Origin: a virus
Lineage: Duplodnaviria > Caudoviricetes
IMG/VR virus record: IMGVR_UViG_3300012041_000042
Coordinates: 1-39,737 of that record
Strand: one strand, 5' to 3'
Length of the DNA: 39,737 nt
Positions 17,495 to 27,060 of the stretch are shown here, one piece after another. The number at the start of each line of letters is the position of its first letter. Position 1 is the stretch's first letter. The notes under the pieces are model-generated. The model ran no database searches. It was given only the letters and a program-made list of their open reading frames with translations, and was not told the origin of the DNA. Position numbers and translations under genes: made by a program.

Positions 17495-18391
17495 ATGGCG
17501 ACGCCCGCCTTTAACACGATATACACGCACTACTCCGATGAGGTCGCGCGCCTGGCGACGATCACGATCGAAAGCGACACCACGCCCTCGCGCGCCGGCG
17601 GCGACGCCTATGGGCCCGCCGCGCTCGTCGATGACAACCCGGCGAAGGTTGCGAAGATTAACGAAACCTCCAGCGGCGCGCCTGCCGTCGGGCTCGTCTC
17701 CGGCGCCTGGGTCTTCGCGTACGCGGCGAAGCAGCCGATTCGGCTTGCCGCGCTGATTCATACCACGGCGGCGGATCCGATCTACCACCCGAGCGCGAGC
17801 GTGCGCCTCCAGGGCAACAACACGGCCGACTTCTCGGCACCGGCCTTCTCGGCGAACTTCGATCTGCTGCCATGGCTCGGGACGAGTAGCGGCCGGTGGC
17901 CGCAGAACCCGTACCTCCGGCTGGACGACGAGCCCGGCTTCGATCCTGCGGGCTTTTTCTTCTGGCGCCTCGTCTTCGCGAATCAGCCGGAGAACATCCA
18001 AGTCGGCGAGGTGCGCTTCCACCCGGTCTATTACGAGTTCGATCCTGATTTGCGGTGGGGCTTGCGCGCAAGCGCTGAGAAGCCGCAGATCGAAAACCGC
18101 ACGGCCTTCGGCGTGTCGACGCTGTACGCGCGCGGCACGACCATCTGGGAGCAGGAAGCCGAGATCCTCCTCACGGATGACATGCGCGCCGCACTCGAAG
18201 ATCACTGGTACGACGTGGAGGGCCGCACGTGGCCCTGGCTGATCGTGCCGTCGGGCCCGGTGCGCGGCGACCGCTGCTACCTCGTGCGGTACGCCCTCAC
18301 CGAGGAAAGCGTGCGATGGGACAACTGGGAGATCACGAGTCAGCGGTTGCAATTTCAAGAGGTCGGACGCGGTCTGCGTCCGGGGGTGTAA
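17495..18391 (+). CDS. putative distal tail/baseplate hub protein
   Basis: Immediately follows TMP; beta-rich and aromatic; called mainly by position. Confidence 0.55.
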   Translation: MATPAFNTIYTHYSDEVARLATITIESDTTPSRAGGDAYGPAALVDDNPAKVAKINETSSGAPAVGLVSGAWVFAYAAKQPIRLAALIHTTAADPIYHPSASVRLQGNNTADFSAPAFSANFDLLPWLGTSSGRWPQNPYLRLDDEPGFDPAGFFFWRLVFANQPENIQVGEVRFHPVYYEFDPDLRWGLRASAEKPQIENRTAFGVSTLYARGTTIWEQEAEILLTDDMRAALEDHWYDVEGRTWPWLIVPSGPVRGDRCYLVRYALTEESVRWDNWEITSQRLQFQEVGRGLRPGV

Positions 18392-18394
18392 ACG

Positions 18395-19471
18395 ATGTCG
18401 CTCCTATTCATGGATTCGTTCGATCACTATGCGACGGCGGATCTCACGGAAAAATGGACGGCGACGCATAGCAACGGCGGCGGTGCGACACAAACGATTG
18501 CGGCCGGAAGTGCTCGGACGGGCGCGGCGGGGTTTCGGGCGGTGTACTCCGTTGCGTCCGGGTGTACATCCAGTCTTAGCAAAACACTGGCTCCGTCCGG
18601 CGCGGGATTCGTGGTTGGCTGTGCGTTTCGCACGGATGTTGCGCCCAATGTGACGAAGGGGACGGGCATTCTAGGGGTATGGGATACCGGCGTGGAGCAA
18701 ATCGTGTTGGTGCTCTTGGCGGATTTGCGGCTGCAAGTGCGGCGCGGGTCCGTGGAGGCAGGAACGGCGATTGCGACGAGTACGGCGTCGGTGAGTCTGA
18801 ACGTGTGGGCGTACGTGGAAATGCAAGGTGTGATTGATCCTAGTACGGGAAGTGTGGCGGTGCGGGTCAATGGTTCGGAAGTGTGCAGCGTAACCGGAGT
18901 CAGTACACGGGCAACGGCGGTGACACAGTGGACGGCCGTATCAATTGGAATTCAGGCGATGGTAAGCAATGTCGTGGCCGTGGAACGGGCGTGCGAGTAT
19001 GACGATTTATACGTCTTGGATGGCTCCGGCGCAGGACCGTTGAATGCGTTTTTGGGGGATTGTCGCGTGGATGCCTGTCTGCCGACGGGGACGGGGGCGA
19101 CGGCGGCCTGGACGCCTTCCACGGGCGCGAATTGGGCGTGTGTGGATGAGGTGCCGTCGAATGACGATGCCGACTATACAAGCTCTGCGACGATCAATCA
19201 GATCGATTCATTCGCGGTGCAGGATGCGCCGGTTTCGGGGACGGTGTACGGCGTGCAAGCCGTGTTGGTTGCCCGCAAAGGGGATGCGGGCGCGGCAAGC
19301 GTGGCATCGTTGGTGCGGTATAGCGGCGTCGATTATGTCGGATCGGATTTGAATCCAGGGCTGACGTACGCGTGTTTGCGGCAAATTTATCCTACCAATC
19401 CCGGCACGTCGGCGGCCTGGACGTTCGCGCAATTTAATGCGTCGGAGTTCGGCTACAAGCGGACGGCTTAA
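18395..19471 (+). CDS. putative virion tail-tip protein, beta-sandwich (LamG-like) character
   Basis: Thr/Ser/Gly/Val-rich; 'WAYVEM', 'AVRVNG', 'YDDLYV'; atypical codon usage. Confidence 0.6.
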   Translation: MSLLFMDSFDHYATADLTEKWTATHSNGGGATQTIAAGSARTGAAGFRAVYSVASGCTSSLSKTLAPSGAGFVVGCAFRTDVAPNVTKGTGILGVWDTGVEQIVLVLLADLRLQVRRGSVEAGTAIATSTASVSLNVWAYVEMQGVIDPSTGSVAVRVNGSEVCSVTGVSTRATAVTQWTAVSIGIQAMVSNVVAVERACEYDDLYVLDGSGAGPLNAFLGDCRVDACLPTGTGATAAWTPSTGANWACVDEVPSNDDADYTSSATINQIDSFAVQDAPVSGTVYGVQAVLVARKGDAGAASVASLVRYSGVDYVGSDLNPGLTYACLRQIYPTNPGTSAAWTFAQFNASEFGYKRTA

Positions 19472-19473
19472 CA

Positions 19474-22400
19474 ATGGCCCTGGCGCGGGTCCAATCGTCA
19501 AATAAAACAAACGTTCTCGCGGTGGCGGTGACGATTACGTTTCCGACGCCGCCCAGTGTCGGCAACGGGCTGATCGTCTTTACGAATTTTTATGGTGGTC
19601 CGATCATTCCCACAACGTGTACGGACAACCACGGGAATACCTATAGTCTCGCAACCTATCGGGTTAACGGCTCGGCGGTCTGCGGGATCTTTTATTGTCC
19701 GATCATTGCGGCGACGGGATCGCCTTTCACGATCACGGCGAATAAGAGCGGGTCCGGGTCGGTCACGGTCTATTGGGTGGCGCGGGCGGTGGAATTCAGC
19801 GGCGTCGGTACGGGGTTACTTGTCGATCAATTGATAGGGGCCACGGGAACATCCACAACGCCGAATACGGGATCGACGGCGGCGCTCACAGGTGCGGAAT
19901 CGTTGCAGGCGGCGGCGCATGCCATTTTAGAGTCCCACAGTTCGATCACGGTTGGCGCGGTGACGCCAGCGTGGACGCAAGAATTCGAGGAATTACCAAA
20001 CAATCAAATCGCCGGGGAAGCTGATACGCGGATCGTGTCGGCGTCGTCCGGCACGACGCCGAATTGTGGTTGGACGGTTGCGCCGTCGGCGCGGGCGTGG
20101 GCGGCGGTGATCGTCGCGTTCAAAGTGCCTGACGTGGTGGCGTTGACGGACACGCGGATCACGCAATCGGCGGCGGAAGTGCTGACGGATCCGGACACGG
20201 TGACAACGCGGATCACGCAGTCTGTGATCGAGGCGTTGAATCTGCCGTTGGCGGTGACGCGGATTACACAAAGTCTGATCGAGGCGTTGATTTGGGTATC
20301 TCCGCCGGAACAGACATTCGAAGATGGTGCGGTATCGCATCCGTTGACGTGGATCACCTTAACGAAGAAGGACGGCTCGAAGCATCCCTATGCCGAGGTC
20401 GATCTCAATGATCCACCTGACTACTACGACGGGTACAAGCGGCCGCGCGTCGAGCGCTTCTTGACGATCGCGCGCGGCTTGTCCGATCGCGACGGACAGA
20501 TCGAGCACATGAGTTTCGGCGCGGTGCTCTCGGACATTGCGACCGATCGCTTCGATACCGATCGCGAGTTCCGCTCGACGCTCGCCGATGCCGTCAACCA
20601 GTACCTCACCAACCGGCCGCTCGAAGTGTGGTTCGTCGATGATGTCGAGCGGCGACGGCTCGGCCTGCCGCGGCTCGCCGCGGTCGGCTTCGTCAACGAC
20701 TATGCACCCACCGCCGATCTGCAGTTTGAACTCAAGGGCGCGGACTGGCTGAAAAAGAAATTCTCCCGGAAGCGCCGCGCACAGCAGGGCTGGCAACCGT
20801 TGATCACCGCGGCCGACTTTCCGGCTTGTCCCGAAGAGATGCTCAACAGTCCGGCGCCGCTCATCTATGGCTCGCTCGGGCTCGGCGGATCGGATGCCGT
20901 CGTCGGCGTCACGATCACGGTCAACCCGCAGCCGGTCGCGGCTCCGGGCAGCTTCGACCTGTCGCTGGTCACTGGCGGCAAGACGGCCGGCGTCACGCGC
21001 TACTACCAGGTCGCCGCCTTCGTCGGCGGCCAGGAGTCGGACCATTCGCCGACGCTCGTCGAGCGCACGACTAACACGCACAAAACGATCCGCCTCACAT
21101 GGGATGCAGTTCCAGGTGCGACCTCGTACCGGATCTACTCGTCGCACCGCGCCGACTTTTTGCAGGGCGCGCTGCTCGATGTCGCCGCAGGCGTGCTCGC
21201 GTACAACGACACGACCGTCCTGCCGAATGAGAATAAAGAGTGGATTACCGGCACGGCCTGGCGCCTGATGCTGCGGCAGAATTTCCAGTACCTCGTCTAC
21301 GCGAACGTCGGCGGCGGCCTCTTCAGCATTCCGGGTACGGCGTACACGGTGATCACGCCCATCCCGGATCGGCGCGAGACGCCCTCGACGCTCATCCAGC
21401 GGGACATCGACATCGCCTGGACCGCGCACCCCGGCGCCGTCGATGGGTACCGCATCATCCGCCGGCGCTCGTACTATTCGGACTGGGACCCGGAGTACTC
21501 GCGGCAATGGGATGTCGCAGCCGGCGTGCTGACCGTCACCGATGACAACGTCACCATCACCGCTGTGACGATGCCGACCGGCGAATTGATCGCGACCTCA
21601 GCGGCGGGACAGGCCGAAGCGATCTTCGTCGGCATCGGCGCCTACGGAGACCCGACGCCGATCACGGTTTCGGCCCTGCTCATCGCGCGCCATGCCTGCG
21701 CGCGCGTCGGCAACATCTACATTCCCAATACGACGGAAGGCGTCGACGGCGAAACGACGACGACCTATGCCGCAGTCGCGGATGACCAGTACGGCGTGAC
21801 TTGGTTTGCCCCGGACCATCCCGGCTGGATCTATCCGACGAAGTACGTAGACATCAACGGGCAGCGCTTTACGTTGATCTTCACGACCGTCGAGCCGCTG
21901 CCGGACACCGTCTTCGTCGATGTCGATGGCATCGAGACCGCGGCCGATGGAACCGGCACGCTCATCCGATCGATCGTCGATCAGCGGCTGCACTTCATGG
22001 TCAACTTCATCGCGCCCGATACGCCGTGGGCGACCGGTCCGTACCTGACCGCGGCGGCGACGGTCTTCCCGCACCTGCCCGACATTCCGCTCGTCGATGA
22101 GGCCTCACATACTGCCGTCAAGGCATCCCTCGCGACACGGCTTAGCGGCACCGACTACGAGGGCGCGACGATCATCGGCGCGGCGCGGGAGTTCGTCAGT
22201 GCGCTTGATGCACTCGCGCGCTTTCAGCAGAGCGGCGACTTCGACCAAACGTTCAACCGCAAAGGCCAGGACACCGTGTCCTGTGAGCCGATCGAGGCGG
22301 CGCTCGATCTGCCGGTCATCGGCGATGTCCTGAGCATTCGACAAGGGTCTTTCAACCTCGTCGATCAAGTGCAGTCGGCGTTTTTCAACATCATTCCCTA

Positions 22401-23001
22401 CGTCCACAGTCGCGACTACACCGGCCGCGAGAAGGGCGGCTGGAAAGGCAACGCCGAGATCCGCTCGGATGAGTCCATCACCAACTACGACCAGGAGCGC
22501 GAAGCCCCGAAGATGGAGCTCCATGCCTGCCGTGCGAATACGCCGCAGGGCTCAGCCACGATCGCCGATGTCATGGCGCGCAAGCTCGCGCGCTTTCAGG
22601 ACCCGCGGCGCATCGGCTCGCTGCAGATGCCCTTCGAGGGCCTCAACTATGAGCCCGGCAGCGTCGTCGCGATCACGCATCTGGAAGGCATCGGCGCCGA
22701 GGGCTGGACTGGTCGCGAAGTCCGCATCATCCGGCATGAGGTCGAGCCGACGACCGGCCTCATCCGGCTCGACTTCTACGATCTCACGGCCGTGCTCGAG
22801 AACCACGAGGCTTTACGTCGACGTCGAGACTCGTCCACCACAACGACAGAACCGAAGGGAGCGATCCATGAGCCGCAACGATCCGAAACCCGACCACCCG
22901 ATCAACGAACCCGACACGCCGGCACGGCCCGAGCGCCCCGAGCAGCCCGACCGCCCAGGCCGGCCAAGCGAACCCCCAAAGCCGACACACCCCATCGTTG
23001 A
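19474..23001 (+). CDS. large tail tip/central fibre protein with FN3-like segments
   Basis: 1175 aa; 'LTWDAVPGATSYRIY' and 'IAWTAHPGAVDGYRII' FN3-like strands; 'PLIYG'; C-terminal 'YEPGSVVAITH'. Confidence 0.75.
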   Translation: MALARVQSSNKTNVLAVAVTITFPTPPSVGNGLIVFTNFYGGPIIPTTCTDNHGNTYSLATYRVNGSAVCGIFYCPIIAATGSPFTITANKSGSGSVTVYWVARAVEFSGVGTGLLVDQLIGATGTSTTPNTGSTAALTGAESLQAAAHAILESHSSITVGAVTPAWTQEFEELPNNQIAGEADTRIVSASSGTTPNCGWTVAPSARAWAAVIVAFKVPDVVALTDTRITQSAAEVLTDPDTVTTRITQSVIEALNLPLAVTRITQSLIEALIWVSPPEQTFEDGAVSHPLTWITLTKKDGSKHPYAEVDLNDPPDYYDGYKRPRVERFLTIARGLSDRDGQIEHMSFGAVLSDIATDRFDTDREFRSTLADAVNQYLTNRPLEVWFVDDVERRRLGLPRLAAVGFVNDYAPTADLQFELKGADWLKKKFSRKRRAQQGWQPLITAADFPACPEEMLNSPAPLIYGSLGLGGSDAVVGVTITVNPQPVAAPGSFDLSLVTGGKTAGVTRYYQVAAFVGGQESDHSPTLVERTTNTHKTIRLTWDAVPGATSYRIYSSHRADFLQGALLDVAAGVLAYNDTTVLPNENKEWITGTAWRLMLRQNFQYLVYANVGGGLFSIPGTAYTVITPIPDRRETPSTLIQRDIDIAWTAHPGAVDGYRIIRRRSYYSDWDPEYSRQWDVAAGVLTVTDDNVTITAVTMPTGELIATSAAGQAEAIFVGIGAYGDPTPITVSALLIARHACARVGNIYIPNTTEGVDGETTTTYAAVADDQYGVTWFAPDHPGWIYPTKYVDINGQRFTLIFTTVEPLPDTVFVDVDGIETAADGTGTLIRSIVDQRLHFMVNFIAPDTPWATGPYLTAAATVFPHLPDIPLVDEASHTAVKASLATRLSGTDYEGATIIGAAREFVSALDALARFQQSGDFDQTFNRKGQDTVSCEPIEAALDLPVIGDVLSIRQGSFNLVDQVQSAFFNIIPYVHSRDYTGREKGGWKGNAEIRSDESITNYDQEREAPKMELHACRANTPQGSATIADVMARKLARFQDPRRIGSLQMPFEGLNYEPGSVVAITHLEGIGAEGWTGREVRIIRHEVEPTTGLIRLDFYDLTAVLENHEALRRRRDSSTTTTEPKGAIHEPQRSETRPPDQRTRHAGTARAPRAARPPRPAKRTPKADTPHR
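20152..20290 (+). repeat. three tandem 51-54 nt coding repeats (TRITQSxxExL)
   Basis: ACGCGGATY at 20152, 20206 and 20257; peptides TRITQSAAEVL / TRITQSVIEAL / TRITQSLIEAL. Confidence 0.9.
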
Positions 23002-23041
23002 GCCTGACGATCCCGAGGGGCACCCCTCGCCGCGGGACTGA
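22868..23041 (+). CDS. small Pro/Asp/Glu/Arg-rich disordered protein
   Basis: GAAGGGAG RBS then ATG; PxxP periodicity and two HPIxEPD motifs; overlaps the tail gene 3' end. Confidence 0.55.
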   Translation: MSRNDPKPDHPINEPDTPARPERPEQPDRPGRPSEPPKPTHPIVEPDDPEGHPSPRD

Positions 23042-23048
23042 GTAACCG

Positions 23049-23828
23049 ATGCTGAAAGGGCTGCAAACCCATTTTCAGAACACGATCCTCGGCAAGGAGA
23101 AGTGCGCACGCCTTGCCGAGATCGGCGTGCAGATGGGCCGCATCGACGGGCAGGACGAATCGGCGCAACTGATTTGCGACCAGGTGGGCGAGCTCACCGA
23201 CGCGGGCATCAAGTCCTACGTCACTGGCAATTCGGCGGCGCAGGTCGCTGGACTTCCGAAACACATTTACGGCTTCGAATATCTCAACGAACCCGATGGC
23301 CAGATTCATCCCGACGACTACATGGGCGGCTTGCGCGATGTTGCGCTCGAGTGCGAGCTGTATCGCATCGACAGCTACGGCCCGACTGTGAGCAATTTGA
23401 TTCGCACGAAGGTGCTGGCGACTGGCGAAGAGCTACGCGGCATCGAGTACATCGAGGCGTGTGCCCCGTTCCCCGTGACCATGAAGGGCGCGGTCCACCG
23501 CTACGGCGACAACGACAGCGTATCGAATCCGCATCGCGGCTTCGTCAGTCGCGAACATGAAGTCTTCGCGATGCACGGCGCGCTGGACTGGCAGCGGCCG
23601 TGGGGCGTCTCCGAAACCGGCTGGGCCTCGACCGGCTCGCTGACCGAGGAGATGGTGGCGCACAACTGGGCGTGGGACTGGAAATTCTGGGAACGGATGA
23701 TGGCGCTGTTCTGCGTCATGTACCAACTCAACGACGGACCGGGCGACGGCAACATCGATCACTTCGGGTTGTTCCGCGTCGACGGCACGCTGAAAGAGGC
23801 GGTAGCGAAGACCTTCAGGAGCACATGA
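23049..23828 (+). CDS. clan GH-A-like glycoside hydrolase
   Basis: Acid/base 'EYLNEPD', 'VHRY', nucleophile 'VSETGW', C-terminal 'YQLND...HFGL...DG..K'. Confidence 0.72.
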   Translation: MLKGLQTHFQNTILGKEKCARLAEIGVQMGRIDGQDESAQLICDQVGELTDAGIKSYVTGNSAAQVAGLPKHIYGFEYLNEPDGQIHPDDYMGGLRDVALECELYRIDSYGPTVSNLIRTKVLATGEELRGIEYIEACAPFPVTMKGAVHRYGDNDSVSNPHRGFVSREHEVFAMHGALDWQRPWGVSETGWASTGSLTEEMVAHNWAWDWKFWERMMALFCVMYQLNDGPGDGNIDHFGLFRVDGTLKEAVAKTFRST

Positions 23829-24103
23829 TGAAAATTGCGATCACCAACGCGACGCTGTTCGGACCCCTGCCGATCACCGGCTGGCTCACGGCCGACTATG
23901 ACGGCACGGGCGTGAAACTCACGAAGCCGCTCGAAGGCGGGGCGTACCTCTCGATTCCACCCGGCAGCGCCTACGAAGGCAAACCCGGTGTGGGCGGCGT
24001 GTACGAATCGTTCCGGCAACAAGGCAGCGATCTCGTCTGCGCGTACACGCACGACGGCGTCGACTACGTCCATGTCGTGCCGTTCAAGGAACTCGTGTCG
24101 TGA
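23825..24103 (+). CDS. hypothetical protein
   Basis: ATGA overlap with the previous stop, AGGAG RBS, GTGA overlap with the next gene. Confidence 0.65.
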   Translation: MMKIAITNATLFGPLPITGWLTADYDGTGVKLTKPLEGGAYLSIPPGSAYEGKPGVGGVYESFRQQGSDLVCAYTHDGVDYVHVVPFKELVS

Positions 24104-25527
24104 GCGCCAGCGCGAACTACTGGCTTCATCGCGGCGCAACGACCACGGGACCAGGCCCCCGCCGCACAGGGCTCGTGCGGGCCAACTACAAGGTCGTCTA
24201 CGACGACACGGGCATCTTTCACCCGCTCGGCCTGACGTTCTTCTGGGCGCTCTACGGCTGGAAACACGAACGCGCCCGCGTGCTCGCGCACCTCAAGTGG
24301 ATCGCCACGAAGGGCTTCGACTACTTGCGCATTTTGGGCGAGTGCGATTGGCGCGGCCGCTCATGGGGACCCGCGGAATTTCCCGACTACGACCAGATCC
24401 TGCACGAGTACGTCGCCGCCGCCTACGACCACGGCCTGCGCACCGAAGTGACGATCGTCGGCGGCCGGCAATTCGACGCCGACACCGGACAGCGCCGGTT
24501 CTTCCCCGCGCAACTCGCGAAGCGCGTGTCGGATGTGCTGCGCGACCAAGCCCACAAGGTCATGCACTACGAGTGCGCGAACGAGTGGAACCGGCTCGAC
24601 AAGGTCACGATGGACGACCTCGTGCGCATGGGCACGGTGCTCTCCATGTCGTCACCGAATCTCGCGTCGCTGTCGTGTCCCTCGGGCGAGCGCGAACACG
24701 CGCTGCGCCTGCACGGCGAGACGATTCAAGAGGACGACCCCGAGTTCGCACAGCTCGAGGCCGAAGACAAGCCGCAACCCTACAGCGGCTACGAGGACAT
24801 GGTGGCGGCGACGAAGCGGGCCGGGTGCAGTGGGTTCACGATTCACCCGCGCCGGAGCTCGCACGACCACGGGTGGTCGCACGTCCGACAGGGCTACGAC
24901 TTCAAGGACTTCCCCGGTGCCACGTGGAACAACGAGCCGGAGGGTCCACAAAGCAGTGTCCAGTCGATGACCGACCCGCTGCAACTCGCGTGCTGCCGAC
25001 TCCTCGGGATCATCTGCGGCGGCGCGGGCTACGTGCTGCACGTCGGACAAGGCGTGACCGGCCTCGCCGATCCGAACCACAACCGCCCGAACAACATGTG
25101 GGAAGTCGACAACATCGACGCCATCATGTCCGCCGTGCGCCGCTGCGATGACCTCCTGCCGGAGGGCGTCGAGAACTGGCGCTGCGTCAACAACGGACGC
25201 GGCGATCACCCGCTGCCGCTCAACGACGTGACCGGCTTCTGGGAGAGCGGCGCACACGACCGAGCGCCAGCGGTGAACAAGAACTATGCGGCGCTCTCCA
25301 CGCAGAACACGTTCGTCGAGATCGTGACCGGGGTGAAGAGTGTGGATGCGGTGGGACCGGTGCCCATCGGGACGGCGCGGCGGAAGATGGAGGTGGAGGC
25401 GTTCGATCCCCTCACGTTGCAATCGGTGGTGGGACGAGTCCTCACGCTCGAACCGGGGACCACGTGGTACCTCAACGGGCGTGCCGACACGATGGCGGCG
25501 TACGTGATTCGGGGACGCTACGTGTGA
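24100..25527 (+). CDS. clan GH-A-like (GH5/DUF4038-like) glycoside hydrolase with C-terminal beta domain
   Basis: 'GFDYLRI', 'AYDHGLR..VTI', 'YECANEW', 'WNNEP'; C-terminal 'EVEAFDPLT'. Confidence 0.62.
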   Translation: MSASANYWLHRGATTTGPGPRRTGLVRANYKVVYDDTGIFHPLGLTFFWALYGWKHERARVLAHLKWIATKGFDYLRILGECDWRGRSWGPAEFPDYDQILHEYVAAAYDHGLRTEVTIVGGRQFDADTGQRRFFPAQLAKRVSDVLRDQAHKVMHYECANEWNRLDKVTMDDLVRMGTVLSMSSPNLASLSCPSGEREHALRLHGETIQEDDPEFAQLEAEDKPQPYSGYEDMVAATKRAGCSGFTIHPRRSSHDHGWSHVRQGYDFKDFPGATWNNEPEGPQSSVQSMTDPLQLACCRLLGIICGGAGYVLHVGQGVTGLADPNHNRPNNMWEVDNIDAIMSAVRRCDDLLPEGVENWRCVNNGRGDHPLPLNDVTGFWESGAHDRAPAVNKNYAALSTQNTFVEIVTGVKSVDAVGPVPIGTARRKMEVEAFDPLTLQSVVGRVLTLEPGTTWYLNGRADTMAAYVIRGRYV

Positions 25528-25733
25528 GATTGGTGCTCGTGCTCGCCGCCACGCTCCTCACCGGCTGCGTCGTGCGCCCGTGGAACCTCCGCACGTTCCC
25601 GCGCTGCGCCGATGGGCTCCCCGTCGAGATCCTGATCGACCCGGCCTGCCCACCCGACGGCGTGTGCGGCTACTCGTGTCTCCCCGGCCGGTGGGGTGCG
25701 GACGTGGCGACCTGGCGGATAACCACCCTCTAA
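25524..25733 (+). CDS. small Cys-rich lipoprotein (possible o-spanin-like)
   Basis: GTGA overlap; signal peptide with lipobox LTG-C; four further Cys; Pro-rich. Confidence 0.6.
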   Translation: MRLVLVLAATLLTGCVVRPWNLRTFPRCADGLPVEILIDPACPPDGVCGYSCLPGRWGADVATWRITTL

Positions 25734-25763
25734 CAATGCCATTCTTATTCGGAGGAGGACGAC

Positions 25764-25904
25764 ATGGTGCTGACGACTCTGTTCGAACTGCTCGCGTTCG
25801 TCTGCTTCGTCGCCGCCGCGTTCGGCGTGGCCGCCCGCGTGAACCTCGTCGCCGCAGGACTCGCTCTGTGGATGCTCGCCCTGCTAGTCTCGAGTGTCCG
25901 GTGA
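25764..25904 (+). CDS. two-TM small membrane protein, holin-like (46 aa, not in the ORF track)
   Basis: GGAGGAGG RBS; MVLTTLFELLAFVCFVAAAFGVAARVNLVAAGLALWMLALLVSSVR. Confidence 0.65.
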   Translation: MVLTTLFELLAFVCFVAAAFGVAARVNLVAAGLALWMLALLVSSVR

Positions 25905-25928
25905 GAAACCGCTAGGGCGGCGATCGAA

Positions 25929-26369
25929 CTACTTCCCGATGCGGAATGTCTTGCTGGCGAACCAGCCGCCCCGCATCGGGGACACCTGCACGCCACGCGA
26001 CACCTGCTTCGGAAGGGCCAGCAACACGGCCCCGCCGACCATCGCGCCCACGCCACCCCACATCAGGCCGGGCCGCTCGAAACTGACGGTGCCGTCCGCT
26101 TCGTAGGTGTCCGACCCGAATCGGCTCGTCGACATGCAGATCGTGTCTGTCTTCTTGCCGTAGCCGGTGGGATCGTCGTAGGTGAACCTGTGCGTGGTAT
26201 ATCCCGCGCGGCATCGCGCGTCGTGATAGTCGAACGACGCGGCCATCATGCCTGCCCCGCCGGCGATCGCCAGCCATCCGGCGACCCGCTTCCCGTCCGC
26301 TGCCGCCGTGCGCGGCACCATCCCGATCATCAGCGCCACGGCCACAATTCCCGCTGTCTTACCTTTCAC
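25929..26369 (-). CDS. exported/membrane protein (moron-like)
   Basis: GTG after AGGAG; signal peptide ending AAA-D, two further hydrophobic segments, a Cys pair. Confidence 0.7.
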   Translation of the reverse strand: MKGKTAGIVAVALMIGMVPRTAAADGKRVAGWLAIAGGAGMMAASFDYHDARCRAGYTTHRFTYDDPTGYGKKTDTICMSTSRFGSDTYEADGTVSFERPGLMWGGVGAMVGGAVLLALPKQVSRGVQVSPMRGGWFASKTFRIGK

Positions 26370-26905
26370 TGTCTGCTCCTGTGGTGGTTGGTTGGTGGTT
26401 GTAGTGCGGCAGCGCACGGGAGCTGTTTCAACGCGTCCGCCAGGCGGGTGAGCGTGAACGTGTCGGTGACGGTTTCGCCATCACCATCCGACACGCGGAA
26501 CGTGATGGTCTTCGCGGTCACGGCCTTCTCGGTGAAGGCCCTCACTGAGCGTATCGGCAGGAACGCGGCTTTGTGATTCGCGGCGATGTCCCACCACCCC
26601 ATCGTCGCCAGCTCGTCAGGCCAGCGGTGATCGACACGAATGGTGTTCGCTCTATCGCCGCTGAGGTACCGGCCGAACAGCAAGCCGACGTTCAACCCAT
26701 CGGGCATGCACATCCAGGCGAGAGATGATGTCCTGCTTTCTCCGAGCGTGAGCGCGGTGCTGCGGTCGGCATCAGTCATCGCGTCTAGCTTCTTCCTGAC
26801 CATGAAACTCCCGAACTTCAGATCCCCCTCGGCCGATGCGCCGACCGCCATCACCGCCACCGCTCCGATGGCTACTACGTACTGTCTCACTCTCACGGAC
26901 GCCAA
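26366..26905 (-). CDS. secreted protein (moron-like)
   Basis: TTG after GGAAGG; signal peptide ending ASA-E; 'LDAMTD...L...C', 'FTL..LADAL..L.C'. Confidence 0.7.
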   Translation of the reverse strand: MASVRVRQYVVAIGAVAVMAVGASAEGDLKFGSFMVRKKLDAMTDADRSTALTLGESRTSSLAWMCMPDGLNVGLLFGRYLSGDRANTIRVDHRWPDELATMGWWDIAANHKAAFLPIRSVRAFTEKAVTAKTITFRVSDGDGETVTDTFTLTRLADALKQLPCAAALQPPTNHHRSRQ

Positions 26906-27045
26906 CCTTCCATCTTTGCTTTGCTACGCGTCGCCGGTCGGCCGCCCTTCGCGCCGTTCACCTTGACGGCGGCGGTCTTGGCCTTGGACTTCGCACGACC
27001 GCCGAGGCGCCCGAGCGCAACGGCAGCGGGGTTCTTTTTCTTCAC
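26893..27045 (-). CDS. small basic protein with KNPAAVALGRLGG...NGAKGGRP (50 aa, not in the ORF track)
   Basis: GTG-started ORF read manually; its stop overlaps the next gene start; very Lys/Arg/Gly-rich. Confidence 0.7.
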   Translation of the reverse strand: MKKKNPAAVALGRLGGRAKSKAKTAAVKVNGAKGGRPATRSKAKMEGWRP

Positions 27046-27060
27046 GAACCCCAATCTAAA

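Noticed and set aside
1440-22524. Long antisense ORFs opposite structural genes (e.g. 1440-2483, 5946-6875, 15617-16870, 20359-21507)
   Set aside because: Expected shadows of GC-rich codon bias; no RBS or motifs
18395-23001. Diversity-generating retroelement or invertase-shuffled tail locus
   Set aside because: No reverse transcriptase, no TR/VR pair differing at adenines, and no invertase or flanking inverted repeats seen
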